IMG/VR virus record: IMGVR_UViG_3300020045_005021
Span: 1 to 57,163 of that record
Length of the DNA: 57,163 nucleotides
Reading direction: 5' to 3' (one strand)
Source of the DNA: a virus
Lineage: Duplodnaviria; Caudoviricetes
Shown here: positions 11,921-21,428 of the stretch, piece after piece
Layout: each line of letters opens with the position of its first letter
How positions within the stretch are numbered: the first letter of the stretch is position 1
The notes under the pieces: model-generated
The model's input: only the letters and a program-made list of their open reading frames with translations
What the model was told of the DNA's origin: nothing
Databases searched by the model: none
Translations under genes and position numbers: made by a program

Positions 11921-12460
11921 TTATTTGAATAATTGATCAAAACCTTGGTCCAGTACTGTCATTGCGCGATCGCCACGAGCATTAGATATTTCTTCAACCT
12001 CTCTAACAACCTTTCTTTCAAGATCCGATAGTTTATCCGATAGGGACATCATTTTAATAATTATATCAGTTCTCTTGACGAACGTCTCATCATTTATTTC
12101 AGACTCTCTAAGATACTTTTTAATCTTCTCTATCTCAATTCTAATTTCATTTACTAAATCAGACGATGTTGTATTTGTCATCAGCATATAAACATCTATA
12201 GCTTTCTGCAAATCACTATCTATTTTAAACTTACTGTCAAACCCAATAAGTTCTTTAACCCTTTCAATTCTCTCTTGCTCATCTACTATAAATTGTAAAT
12301 CACTTCTTGGGTCATATACAAAATATATAAATGATAATTCTTTTTCTAATTGACTTTTACCAACCGTTCTATCTCTTTGATCAAGCCGTTTAAAGGCTTT
12401 TAAAGTGTACACAAGTGGGTCTACAATCAATTTATAATCAACTCTTTTTAGTAGCCTCAT
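11921..12460 (-). CDS. Conserved crAss-like protein upstream of terL (possible small terminase)
   Basis: 179 aa, FIYFVYDPRSD motif, helical C-terminus; position next to terL. Confidence 0.5.
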   Translation of the reverse strand: MRLLKRVDYKLIVDPLVYTLKAFKRLDQRDRTVGKSQLEKELSFIYFVYDPRSDLQFIVDEQERIERVKELIGFDSKFKIDSDLQKAIDVYMLMTNTTSSDLVNEIRIEIEKIKKYLRESEINDETFVKRTDIIIKMMSLSDKLSDLERKVVREVEEISNARGDRAMTVLDQGFDQLFK

Positions 12461-12511
12461 TCTATTATATAGTTTAGGGCTGACCAGAATAAACCGACCA
12501 GCCCTTTATTA

Positions 12512-12916
12512 TTATTTAATTAAACTTTCATTAAATTCAACATACTCATAATCATCAATCTTTAATTCAATATCAGATATATCAACAAGCATGTGTTCTC
12601 TACCATCCAATACCATAACAGGCATTTCATAATAAACCTGCTTATCATACTCTTCATCAATTCCAAAGTTATTCTTCTTGACATTTTTTACTTTTTTATA
12701 ATTCTCGTAAGACAAAGCGACCAATAATCCTTCTGTAATCCCTCGTTCAATACAGCTTTTTGATGGACTTACGATTGTCTGTACTTCCTTAATTCTACCA
12801 GTCATTGATACATCCTCAATTCCATCAGTAGTTGTTTCTTCGATAGTGTATCTATCACATGTTACTATAACACCAGTTGACATTGGTGTTGCCTTTTTAA
12901 TACTAAGTATTTTCAT
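12512..12916 (-). CDS. GroES-like co-chaperonin-fold protein
   Basis: IKKATPMSTGVIVT N-terminus and VLDGREHMLVDISDI C-terminus resemble GroES strands; GroEL gene nearby. Confidence 0.45.
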   Translation of the reverse strand: MKILSIKKATPMSTGVIVTCDRYTIEETTTDGIEDVSMTGRIKEVQTIVSPSKSCIERGITEGLLVALSYENYKKVKNVKKNNFGIDEEYDKQVYYEMPVMVLDGREHMLVDISDIELKIDDYEYVEFNESLIK

Positions 12917-13205
12917 TCTTCTCCCTATATATTTTTTTGTAATTATTTATCTTTAAAATTCTATCTCTATGAGTATATAACTTTCCAATTGAGCCAATAT
13001 TAAAGCTCAATGGTTTAATTATCTCAGTATCCTCTTCTATTAAATCTAATTGTAGATTTTCTATTGATTCTTTTATATTCTCCCAGAAGCTTGAGTAAGC
13101 CAATACAACTACTTGAACTGGTATGTTTAGTTTAATCGACACTTGTTTCGCCATCTCCAGTATCTCTCTGTTTGAGTATGTCGCTCTCGATCTTGTACTT
13201 TTCAT
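12903..13205 (-). CDS. IHF/HU-like DNA-binding protein
   Basis: Two helices followed by FNIGSIGKLY, resembling the HU/IHF beta-arm start; typical gene near crAss-like packaging genes. Confidence 0.5.
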   Translation of the reverse strand: MKSTRSRATYSNREILEMAKQVSIKLNIPVQVVVLAYSSFWENIKESIENLQLDLIEEDTEIIKPLSFNIGSIGKLYTHRDRILKINNYKKIYREKNENT

Positions 13206-13593
13206 TTATATCGAAAATAAGTGTTAGTCTATATTGTGTTGTATCTTTTTGTATGTTAGGAATATAATGCTTATCTATCTTTTTACCATCCATTACGCCA
13301 GAACGCCTTAGCTTTGATACTAAGATATTAAACTGTGGTACTGTCAGTCCAACAGCATCACGTATTTCCTTTCTAATATCTATGCTATTAAGTACATTAT
13401 CAAGCATATTTTCATCTCTAATAATCAAAGATAATTCATGTCTCTTTGCTAGAAATGAAGCTAATACTTGACGTTCTGATTTAGTAAGTTTGTGCAATGG
13501 AGTTAAGAATGATAACCATTTATAAAAGAATCCAATATCCAAAGCGCATGGTACTTTGGCGATATTGGAATTAGCGTTTAGATTCACAGTCAC
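13132..13593 (-). CDS. Winged-helix-like hypothetical protein
   Basis: 153 aa; LTKSERQVL...IRDAVGLTVPQFNILVSKLRRSGVM is wHTH-like. Confidence 0.5.
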   Translation of the reverse strand: MTVNLNANSNIAKVPCALDIGFFYKWLSFLTPLHKLTKSERQVLASFLAKRHELSLIIRDENMLDNVLNSIDIRKEIRDAVGLTVPQFNILVSKLRRSGVMDGKKIDKHYIPNIQKDTTQYRLTLIFDINEKYKIESDILKQRDTGDGETSVD

Positions 13594-13870
13594 TAGGTGT
13601 TAGCTTTGCGCTATCTGTTGGAGTTTTTTCAATTCTTAGAATAGATATTAAATCTTTAACCGAATCGTTGAAAAACTCATTATCAACGGCAATAAACAAA
13701 TCTTTATTTTCAATTACTTTAAATAAATATTCAATTCGCTTAAAGAAATCTTCACCTGCATGTTTTTGTAATTCATTTCTAAGAAATGTATTCTGTTGTT
13801 GTAATTGATTACAAACATCTTTTAATTCATCATAAGTCAATACTTTTTGATCTTTATTTTCTTCTCCCAT
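13571..13870 (-). CDS. Hypothetical coiled-coil protein
   Basis: 99 aa ORF in a tight operon; LTYDELKDVCNQL. Confidence 0.6.
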   Translation of the reverse strand: MGEENKDQKVLTYDELKDVCNQLQQQNTFLRNELQKHAGEDFFKRIEYLFKVIENKDLFIAVDNEFFNDSVKDLISILRIEKTPTDSAKLTPSDCESKR

Positions 13871-13874
13871 TGTT

Positions 13875-14099
13875 TTATTTTTTAAATTTAATATTTAATC
13901 TTTTATTCTTTAAATTCTCAATCTCTTTAACGCCATACTTTTCTGTAACTGCAATATCTGTACTTCCACAATCATCACAATAACATGGAGTTGGGTCTCC
14001 ATCAATATCATCTCCATTACCAGATGAATTTAAAATTCTCATTGATAAGCATGTTCTGCAATACCAAATAGGTTCTTCTTCGTAATCTATTTTACTCAT
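13875..14099 (-). CDS. Small zinc-finger protein
   Basis: CRTC...CDDC Cys pairs. Confidence 0.65.
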   Translation of the reverse strand: MSKIDYEEEPIWYCRTCLSMRILNSSGNGDDIDGDPTPCYCDDCGSTDIAVTEKYGVKEIENLKNKRLNIKFKK

Positions 14100-14481
14100 T
14101 TATTTTATTTTTCTTAGATTCTAATATTTCTTTCTTATAATCAGCAAATGACATCACTAACCTTTCGTCTACACCATTTACGTAATTTTCTTCAGTTTCT
14201 TTAGATAATATGATACAGTTTATTAGCATTTGAATAAAATCTTCCGTAAATTCATCTCTAGTATCTACATTATATGGAGTCTTAGAATATTGTTTTATTC
14301 TTAAAACGGAAGAATCTGACGGCAAATACATTGTCTTACCGTAATAAACACATTTAAACTCTTCATCATATCCGTTATCTTTATCTAAAATCTTCCAACT
14401 TATGGAAGATTCAAAATAATCACCGTCAAATGCGGTATTTAAATACTTATCTATCTTATTTAATCTCATACAAATTATCAA
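14092..14481 (-). CDS. Hypothetical protein
   Basis: ORF in operon; true start probably the MRLNK ATG. Confidence 0.5.
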   Translation of the reverse strand: MIICMRLNKIDKYLNTAFDGDYFESSISWKILDKDNGYDEEFKCVYYGKTMYLPSDSSVLRIKQYSKTPYNVDTRDEFTEDFIQMLINCIILSKETEENYVNGVDERLVMSFADYKKEILESKKNKINE

Positions 14482-14668
14482 CTATTACGTTTCCCTCGTA
14501 GATTGCTATTAAATCTGTTGATTGTTTTGGATTATGAATTAATATTTCATAATCGTCCATTCCTACAAAGTGTTTTACTAATTCTTTTATTTCAGATATT
14601 GTTATATCGTCTACAAATACATTAATAGTTTTTTCTTTTGGATCTATATTTATTTGTTTTGCTACCAT
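14456..14668 (-). CDS. Hypothetical protein
   Basis: 70 aa ORF, ATG start, operon spacing. Confidence 0.5.
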   Translation of the reverse strand: MVAKQINIDPKEKTINVFVDDITISEIKELVKHFVGMDDYEILIHNPKQSTDLIAIYEGNVIVDNLYEIK

Positions 14669-14671
14669 AGT

Positions 14672-14941
14672 TTAATATTCAAATACTTCTTCATAAGTAA
14701 GTTCCCAAGTTTCTTTAAATTGTATATTTCTACCATTACCAATTGGCTCCCATTCTATTCCACGATAATACATATGTGTATCAACTCCTACCTCTACAAC
14801 CGTATAATAACCAGTAGGTGCTATTCTAGGCTCTGGAATAGTTTGTTCTAATTCTCCAGTATTCTCATTGACTGTAACTCCAGGTCTACCAACTCTAGCA
14901 GTCATAATTGGATCAAAAAAATGTAATATTGTTTTTCCCAT
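14672..14941 (-). CDS. Hypothetical protein
   Basis: Start moved to ATG 14941 (MGKTILHFF) because the upstream part of the track ORF overlaps tRNA-Thr. Confidence 0.55.
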   Translation of the reverse strand: MGKTILHFFDPIMTARVGRPGVTVNENTGELEQTIPEPRIAPTGYYTVVEVGVDTHMYYRGIEWEPIGNGRNIQFKETWELTYEEVFEY

Positions 14942-14956
14942 AATATTGTTAATTTG

Positions 14957-15028
14957 AGCAAGTAGATGGAATCGAACCACCGCTATCTGATTACAAAACA
15001 GATGCACTAACCACTATACTATACCTGC
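14957..15028 (-). tRNA. tRNA-Thr(TGT)
   Basis: GCAGGTA/TACTTGC acceptor, D-loop AGTGG, anticodon arm TCTGT-TT TGT AA-TCAGA, T-arm GGTGG TTCGATT CCATC. Confidence 0.8.
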
Positions 15029-15239
15029 AAATTGTGAGACTTATTACCTCTCACACTTCCTGCGCAAATTGCAAATTTAATTGCTGACTACATGCATTTA
15101 GTCATTTGGGAAGACCGCTACATTTAATGTCTATTAAGACAACAGAGGTTATGCGGCGCACAACACATTAAATTTAAAACAATCAAAAATGAATTAAAAG
15201 ATATACTTTCACAAGTACTTAATTATGAAACAATTATTT

Positions 15240-15318
15240 GGTCTACATATTGGAGTCGAACCAATAATTACGGATTTTTTAAGTCCCTCAGACTGCCACC
15301 AACTGAATGAATGTAGAC
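15240..15318 (-). tRNA. tRNA-Leu(TAA)-like with enlarged anticodon loop (possibly pseudo)
   Basis: GTCTACA/TGTAGAC acceptor, TTGG TTCGACT CCAA T-arm; anticodon region GGGACTTAAAAAATCC has two more A than the canonical GGGACTTAAAATCC. Confidence 0.55.
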
Positions 15319-15390
15319 TTTTAAAATTAATAAAGAACCCTCTAGTCCGTGCCCGCTTAGGTTTTTTGAGCTAAACTTTATTAATTATTG

Positions 15391-15463
15391 CATGCGCAGA
15401 AGGATTCGAACCCCCGTCGTTCTGGGTTGAAACCAGACAGTCTGACCACTGGCTTATACGCAT
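15391..15463 (-). tRNA. Opal suppressor tRNA, anticodon TCA (probably tRNA-Trp(UCA))
   Basis: ATGCGTA/TGCGCAT acceptor, G73 discriminator, anticodon arm TCTGG-TT TCA AC-CCAGA (anticodon 15428-15430), T-arm GGGGG TTCGAAT CCTTC, short variable loop. Confidence 0.92.
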
Positions 15464-15503
15464 ATGTGCAGTTGATTACGGCTCAACTAGCAAAACCTTT
15501 TAT

Positions 15504-15695
15504 TTAATTTGTTACTTCGCTTGAATATGATGCTATTTTAATTTCATCAAAAGATATATTGTCTTTAAACTTTAAAATACCACCACCTAAAAAACATTCA
15601 GTAAAATTATATTCTATTCTATTTAATTCTAGCAGAATAACTTTTTCTAACCAATTTGGATTGTCATTTTTACTTTGTTCGCAACGTTTTCTCAT
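15504..15695 (-). CDS. Hypothetical protein
   Basis: 63 aa ORF directly after a promoter. Confidence 0.4.
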   Translation of the reverse strand: MRKRCEQSKNDNPNWLEKVILLELNRIEYNFTECFLGGGILKFKDNISFDEIKIASYSSEVTN

Positions 15696-15714
15696 ATCTT
15701 TATTTTTGAATTAT

Positions 15715-15748
15715 GACAAAGGTAAATATAATAATTGAATTATGCAAA
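15715..15748 (-). promoter_or_regulatory. Bacteroidota-type promoter upstream of the tRNA cluster
   Basis: Minus strand TTTGCATAATTCAATTATTATATTTACCTTTGTC. Confidence 0.7.
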
Positions 15749-15771
15749 CTATTTAACATTTATTTTCAGTA

Positions 15772-17313
<1,542 letters not shown>

Positions 17314-17469
17314 CTATTTACTTTTATGATTAAACACTGCTATTAATTTATCTCCATCAAATATTTCAAACTTCCTTACAATTAAATCTCCATCCCAGTT
17401 GTTTATAAACTTGAAGAAACTTTTGTAATCGTTGAAATGTATTACGCCATCTACTTTATCGAAACTCAT
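17314..17469 (-). CDS. Small hypothetical protein (51 aa)
   Basis: ATG 17469 to TAG 17314 fills the gap between neighbouring genes. Confidence 0.4.
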   Translation of the reverse strand: MSFDKVDGVIHFNDYKSFFKFINNWDGDLIVRKFEIFDGDKLIAVFNHKSK

Positions 17470-17478
17470 ATATTTATA

Positions 17479-17866
17479 TTAATTTATTCTCATTTCATCC
17501 CATTCGACATTACCATTTTTAATCATCTCTTTTATTTTTTTTTTGACTCTGACTAAGTTTAGCTTCACCAGATTTAATCTCCAAGAACACAACCTTATCC
17601 TCCTCGAAGATAACATAATCTATTGGATTTCCAAGAAAATGCGTTCTCTTTGGATCATATTTAAAGTCTTTTAAGAATGGTGCAAGGTTTTCTGATATCT
17701 GTCCAAGTCTAACCTCTGATGATTTCTTCTGGGATAATAATTTGCTATAATTATCTTTTAATATCTTATTCTCATCTCTAGCCATTGAGTAATTACCTCT
17801 AGTCCAATTGCAATAAATTGCCATAATTACAAGAATAAATAATAGTACATATATAATTAATTCCAT
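17479..17866 (-). CDS. Holliday junction resolvase-like PD-(D/E)xK endonuclease with N-terminal TM; frameshifted at an A10 run
   Basis: LGQISENLAPF, FLGNPIDYVIF, FLEIKSG; removing one A from the run at 17535-17544 gives the C-terminus QKKIKEMIKNGNVEWDEMRIN. Confidence 0.75.
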
Positions 17867-17867
17867 A

Positions 17868-18263
17868 TTACTTTTTATTTTTATACGATTTAAACTCACA
17901 CATACATTTTACCATCCATCCAACAAGATAGGCATTAGCTTCACTTCTCATAGACAGTTCTTTCTCATTAATCCAACCCCATAATATGTCAGCCATATGT
18001 GTAGCCTCATGTGCCATTGTGTCAGCAGTAAAAGATTTCATATCATATACAGATAGCAATAATCCATATTTTTTAGTCTCTTTCAGCATTACTGGTCTAT
18101 CCCATACTGCGGCATTAGAATTCTTCATTTCTACTGGATGAAACTCTTCGTCTATTCCACCAAAGTTATCAGTTAGAAAACCTACTGTTGGATTTTTAAT
18201 TATCCATAACTTTAATGGATATATTACTGGATCGAATTCGTGTATTTGTATTTTATTATTCAT
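17868..18263 (-). CDS. Zincin-like HExxH protein
   Basis: AHEATH...EANAYLVG motif. Confidence 0.65.
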   Translation of the reverse strand: MNNKIQIHEFDPVIYPLKLWIIKNPTVGFLTDNFGGIDEEFHPVEMKNSNAAVWDRPVMLKETKKYGLLLSVYDMKSFTADTMAHEATHMADILWGWINEKELSMRSEANAYLVGWMVKCMCEFKSYKNKK

Positions 18264-18281
18264 ATTTTATTTATAAACTTC

Positions 18282-18314
18282 TGCAAAATTACAACTAATA
18301 AATGAATATACAAA
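18282..18314 (-). promoter_or_regulatory. Bacteroidota-type promoter
   Basis: Minus strand TTTGTATATTCATTTATTAGTTGTAATTTTGCA. Confidence 0.65.
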
Positions 18315-18346
18315 ACATTTATGGTTAAAAGTTTAATTATATTCAA

Positions 18347-18379
18347 TAAAAAATCCACAACTATTTCTAATTGTGGATT
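18347..18379 (-). terminator. Hairpin terminator
   Basis: AATCCACAA-loop-TTGTGGATT followed by a T run on the minus strand. Confidence 0.6.
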
Positions 18380-18438
18380 AAATGAGTTGCAATCAGTTCT
18401 TGTGGTATGATTTACTACTACTGTTATCTGCTCAGAAC

Positions 18439-18592
18439 AAATGACTTAGACTTGAACGGAGACTTTTTCCTCATTTTATAGTGCAGTATAAATGACAAAG
18501 ACTTACACAACACTGTTGTTTTATAGTACAGATTATAATGACAAAGACTATAAGGGCACTCTCAACATTTATAGTCAGTTAGTATAGACTTA
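18439..18592. repeat. Degenerate direct-repeat array (TTTTATAGT..AATGACAAAGACT units with unique 13-20 nt spacers)
   Basis: Full units at 18474-18505 and 18519-18550, degenerate copies near 18439-18453 and 18568-18592. Confidence 0.6.
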
Positions 18593-18684
18593 TTCTTAGA
18601 TAAGTACGCAAGGCTCAACATACCTCGAACATCTTTTATATTAACGTGGAGAGATGAACTCCATTCCATAGATTACACCGATAT

Positions 18685-18906
18685 CTATTTAATTATATTT
18701 ATCAAACAAAATCCTCCATTAGGACTAAAAAATTTATCGTCTATAAAGCATGACGAGTGTTTAGACAATATAATATCACTTTCATTCACATCTACTTTTA
18801 TTCCATTTATATAATTTCTTAAATTTAAAATGGATGCAAAATATATAAATGCTGTAAGATACTCTCCAACATCATTAGATTTTGCTATTTCATATTTGTG
18901 GTCCAT
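18685..18906 (-). CDS. Hypothetical protein
   Basis: 73 aa ORF, ATG start. Confidence 0.35.
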   Translation of the reverse strand: MDHKYEIAKSNDVGEYLTAFIYFASILNLRNYINGIKVDVNESDIILSKHSSCFIDDKFFSPNGGFCLINIIK

Positions 18907-18910
18907 GCTC

Positions 18911-18955
18911 TTAGCACTTCTTACCAGTGCCTTTTCCTTTAGGTTTAGCTTTCAT
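18911..18955 (-). CDS. 14-aa Lys/Gly-rich basic peptide MKAKPKGKGTGKKC
   Basis: ATG 18955 to TAA 18911, AT-rich leader, fills the intergenic gap. Confidence 0.45.
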   Translation of the reverse strand: MKAKPKGKGTGKKC

Positions 18956-18974
18956 ATGTATATTTATTATTAGT

Positions 18975-19508
18975 TTATAAATCTCCAAATTTTTCCTGAA
19001 TAAACGCTAATATCTCGGAGTATAATAATTTACAATCATTAGTCCTTGAATTATCAAATCTTAGAACAAAATAACCAGCACGTCTTAAATGCATTGACCT
19101 TAAATCATCTTTAATCTTTTGCTCGCCAGTATAATGATACCCACCGTCTAATTCTATAATAAGATTATATTGTTTAAAGAAGAAGTCTGCTATATAGAAT
19201 TTTTGTTTGCAATCGACGCTTACATACACAATCTTTTGGAATTTATAAGCAACCATGTTCTTATCTAAGAACTGTTTAAACTTCAATTCAGCACCAGTTG
19301 CTTTAGAAATCAATTCTTTTCTGAATCTTTCAGAAATATCTTTTGCAGATTCATTAGCTACGGTAGGCTTGTTATTTTGCTTTTGTTTTACTGGCTTATT
19401 ATTATTTCCATAGACAGTTGATATCTGTGGACTATTATGCAAATATGCATTACTCTTGCTTTTTGAAATTTTCTCAAACTTCTCTCGCGCTTTACTACTT
19501 CTACTCAT
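18975..19508 (-). CDS. DUF559/Vsr-like endonuclease
   Basis: ATGAELKF, FQK, FYIADFF, LIIELDGGYH, DDLRS, VLRFDN. Confidence 0.85.
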   Translation of the reverse strand: MSRSSKAREKFEKISKSKSNAYLHNSPQISTVYGNNNKPVKQKQNNKPTVANESAKDISERFRKELISKATGAELKFKQFLDKNMVAYKFQKIVYVSVDCKQKFYIADFFFKQYNLIIELDGGYHYTGEQKIKDDLRSMHLRRAGYFVLRFDNSRTNDCKLLYSEILAFIQEKFGDL

Positions 19509-19539
19509 AGTGTTTCTTTTTATTTATTGTTTAATATAG

Positions 19540-19850
19540 CAAGTCCTAGCCGACTCAACGACTTCGGACTGCTGTTACCAGGGTCTAATCAACCATAAAC
19601 TTCATAAACTGCGTCTTAAATAGTCTTTCAACTATGTTATACCCCTTGGAGATCTTTTTGTCCTCTACCTATATTAATTGCTAGGTGTCTCAAGTTTACT
19701 TATATCATGGTCATTTTTGTCAGTATAGGGACATCTCATTATCTATTAGATAATTACAACCCTACGTGTAATCCATTTGAAATACTCTTGCGACAGTATC
19801 AAGTATGGCCGTCCTACTTGCAAATTCAGTAGCTGACTGATTTAATTATA
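19540..19850 (-). ncRNA. Candidate structured RNA / long 5' leader (about 310 nt)
   Basis: No ORF between promoter and DUF559 gene; multiple hairpins (CAAGTAGG/CCATACTTG, ATAGTT-GAAA-GACTAT, GTCC..GGAC). Confidence 0.45.
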
Positions 19851-19856
19851 AATCTT

Positions 19857-19889
19857 TGCAAAGATACAACTAAGTTTTGGATTATGCAA
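19857..19889 (-). promoter_or_regulatory. Bacteroidota-type promoter starting the minus arm
   Basis: Minus strand TTGCATAATCCAAAACTTAGTTGTATCTTTGCA. Confidence 0.75.
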
Positions 19890-19983
19890 GCTTTTACTAC
19901 ATTATTTTTAGTACATCACTATAATAATTTTTTATAGAAATTTTTTGGTAATAATTTTTTTAAAATTTTCTATGGTAGCTTGA

Positions 19984-20045
19984 GAGTGGGATACCCCCCC
20001 AACAACCCCCTCCACTAATTTTTGAGCGACGGGTGTCCCCCGTCA
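19984..20045. other. C-rich tract at the strand switch; candidate genome end or packaging/terminal-repeat region
   Basis: GAGTGGGATACCCCCCCAACAACCCCCTCCAC and GACGGGTGTCCCCCGTC in an otherwise AT-rich genome, at the divergence point. Confidence 0.35.
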
Positions 20046-20108
20046 ACATTGCTATACGCGTGTACATTATTATTAATTAATCAAGCTGTTAGGAGCAGCA
20101 CAATCATT

Positions 20109-20381
20109 ATGGGATTATTTGCAAAACTTTACGGTGGTAGTTGGTCACTTAAATCAACTGAGAAATTGTTGTCTGTTGATAACAGTATTAAGAGTGGTGT
20201 TGTCACTGAAGGTAAGTTTGGTAAGCAAGTTTGCTTCACTCTAGTAAGTGGTGAGACTGGCTATGCACCATTATCACGTGACTCTAAGCTTGGTGTTGGC
20301 GAGGAATTTCCTGTTGCTAATGCAAGTGTTCAAACTCTCGCTAAGAGTGGCGAAGACGATATCATTCGCGTTATTGAGTAG
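20109..20381 (+). CDS. First early gene; putative ssDNA-binding OB-fold protein of crAss-like phages
   Basis: ATG 20109; GKFGKQVCFTLVSGETGYAPLSRDSKLGVGE resembles the conserved crAss early protein. Confidence 0.6.
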   Translation: MGLFAKLYGGSWSLKSTEKLLSVDNSIKSGVVTEGKFGKQVCFTLVSGETGYAPLSRDSKLGVGEEFPVANASVQTLAKSGEDDIIRVIE

Positions 20382-20390
20382 TACTATATA

Positions 20391-20425
20391 GCATTGCACC
20401 TTCGGGTGCTCTGCTTATTTTTTTT
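20391..20425 (+). terminator. Rho-independent terminator with UUCG loop
   Basis: GCACC-TTCG-GGTGC then a T run. Confidence 0.75.
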
Positions 20426-21428
20426 AATCATTAACCTTACTTAATCATTATTATTATGGAAGATTACGATAATGAATTACCTACTATTATCTGTGGAGCT
20501 GCTATTATAGTTGTTCTAATAATAGTTGCACTTATCTTTGGATAAGTATCCTTTTTAATCCTCGTCACTTTAGCCATTAAGTTTATTTATTTCAGGCCTG
20601 AATAAGTGTTATAACAGCAGATGTTAGCGAGGATTATTTATATTAATTATCAACTAAAAAACTACACATTATGTTTGAATCAGTATTAGACGATTGTTAC
20701 GACCAAACAATTGATATGGATGGCGGATGGAATGATTACAATGATCTACCAAAGTCAAGACCTTCATGGGATTAAACTTATTCATTTAACTGCGTAGTTA
20801 GGCATTGCTACATTCCAAATTATCACAATTGGTTGGCGTAAAAATCCATTATATTGTGTATATAAAGTAATCAACCACTGAGTGTTGGCAGTTATTTTTT
20901 TTAATCCACAATAAGTTTTAGATAATTTGATCCAAGAAAGACTGATAATCTAGAATAAGCAGTATGCGGTGATTAGCTCGGACAAAGGCTTATTGTGGAT
21001 TTTTACCTTACTCAATCATTCTATAAGAATAATAGTAGTCAACCCAATTAGAGTGTTGTCAAATATTAGACCCCGACTGAAGCGTCAGTCAAAGAACCTA
21101 TTATTCTTGTGGAAATGATTGATTAATCATTAAACTTTCACTTTAAATTATTGAGCTAAGTGATTGAGGTTGAGGGTGGTTGAGAGGTAGAATATTCCAT
21201 CACCAATCATTTAGCCAAAATTACTACAATTACCAAACTTACAATCATTGGTTTAATAAGACTATTTTATATCAACGCGTATTACTACATTAGTACACTA
21301 ATTTAATCATTTAACTAGAGTGCATACCATATTTATGTGGTAGATTTATACAATTATGTATAAGTTTAGGTCAATAATACATTAAATCTGTATTATTCGA
21401 TGCTCAAACTCTTTAAAATTATACTATC

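Noticed and set aside
14942-15007. N-terminal extension of ORF 14672-15007
   Set aside because: Overlaps tRNA-Thr; ATG at 14941 is the better start
15320-15390. Twister or theta ribozyme after the suppressor tRNA
   Set aside because: CCTAAGC and AGAGGG resemble twister fragments, but I could not build the required helices; left as an unassigned structure
15391-15463. tRNA-Sec / selenocysteine recoding
   Set aside because: 7-bp acceptor stem and short variable loop; TGA positions match Trp rather than Cys; no sel genes in the window
18439-18592. CRISPR array
   Set aside because: Repeats are degenerate, spacers are only 13-20 nt and unequal, and no cas genes are present; kept as an unexplained repeat
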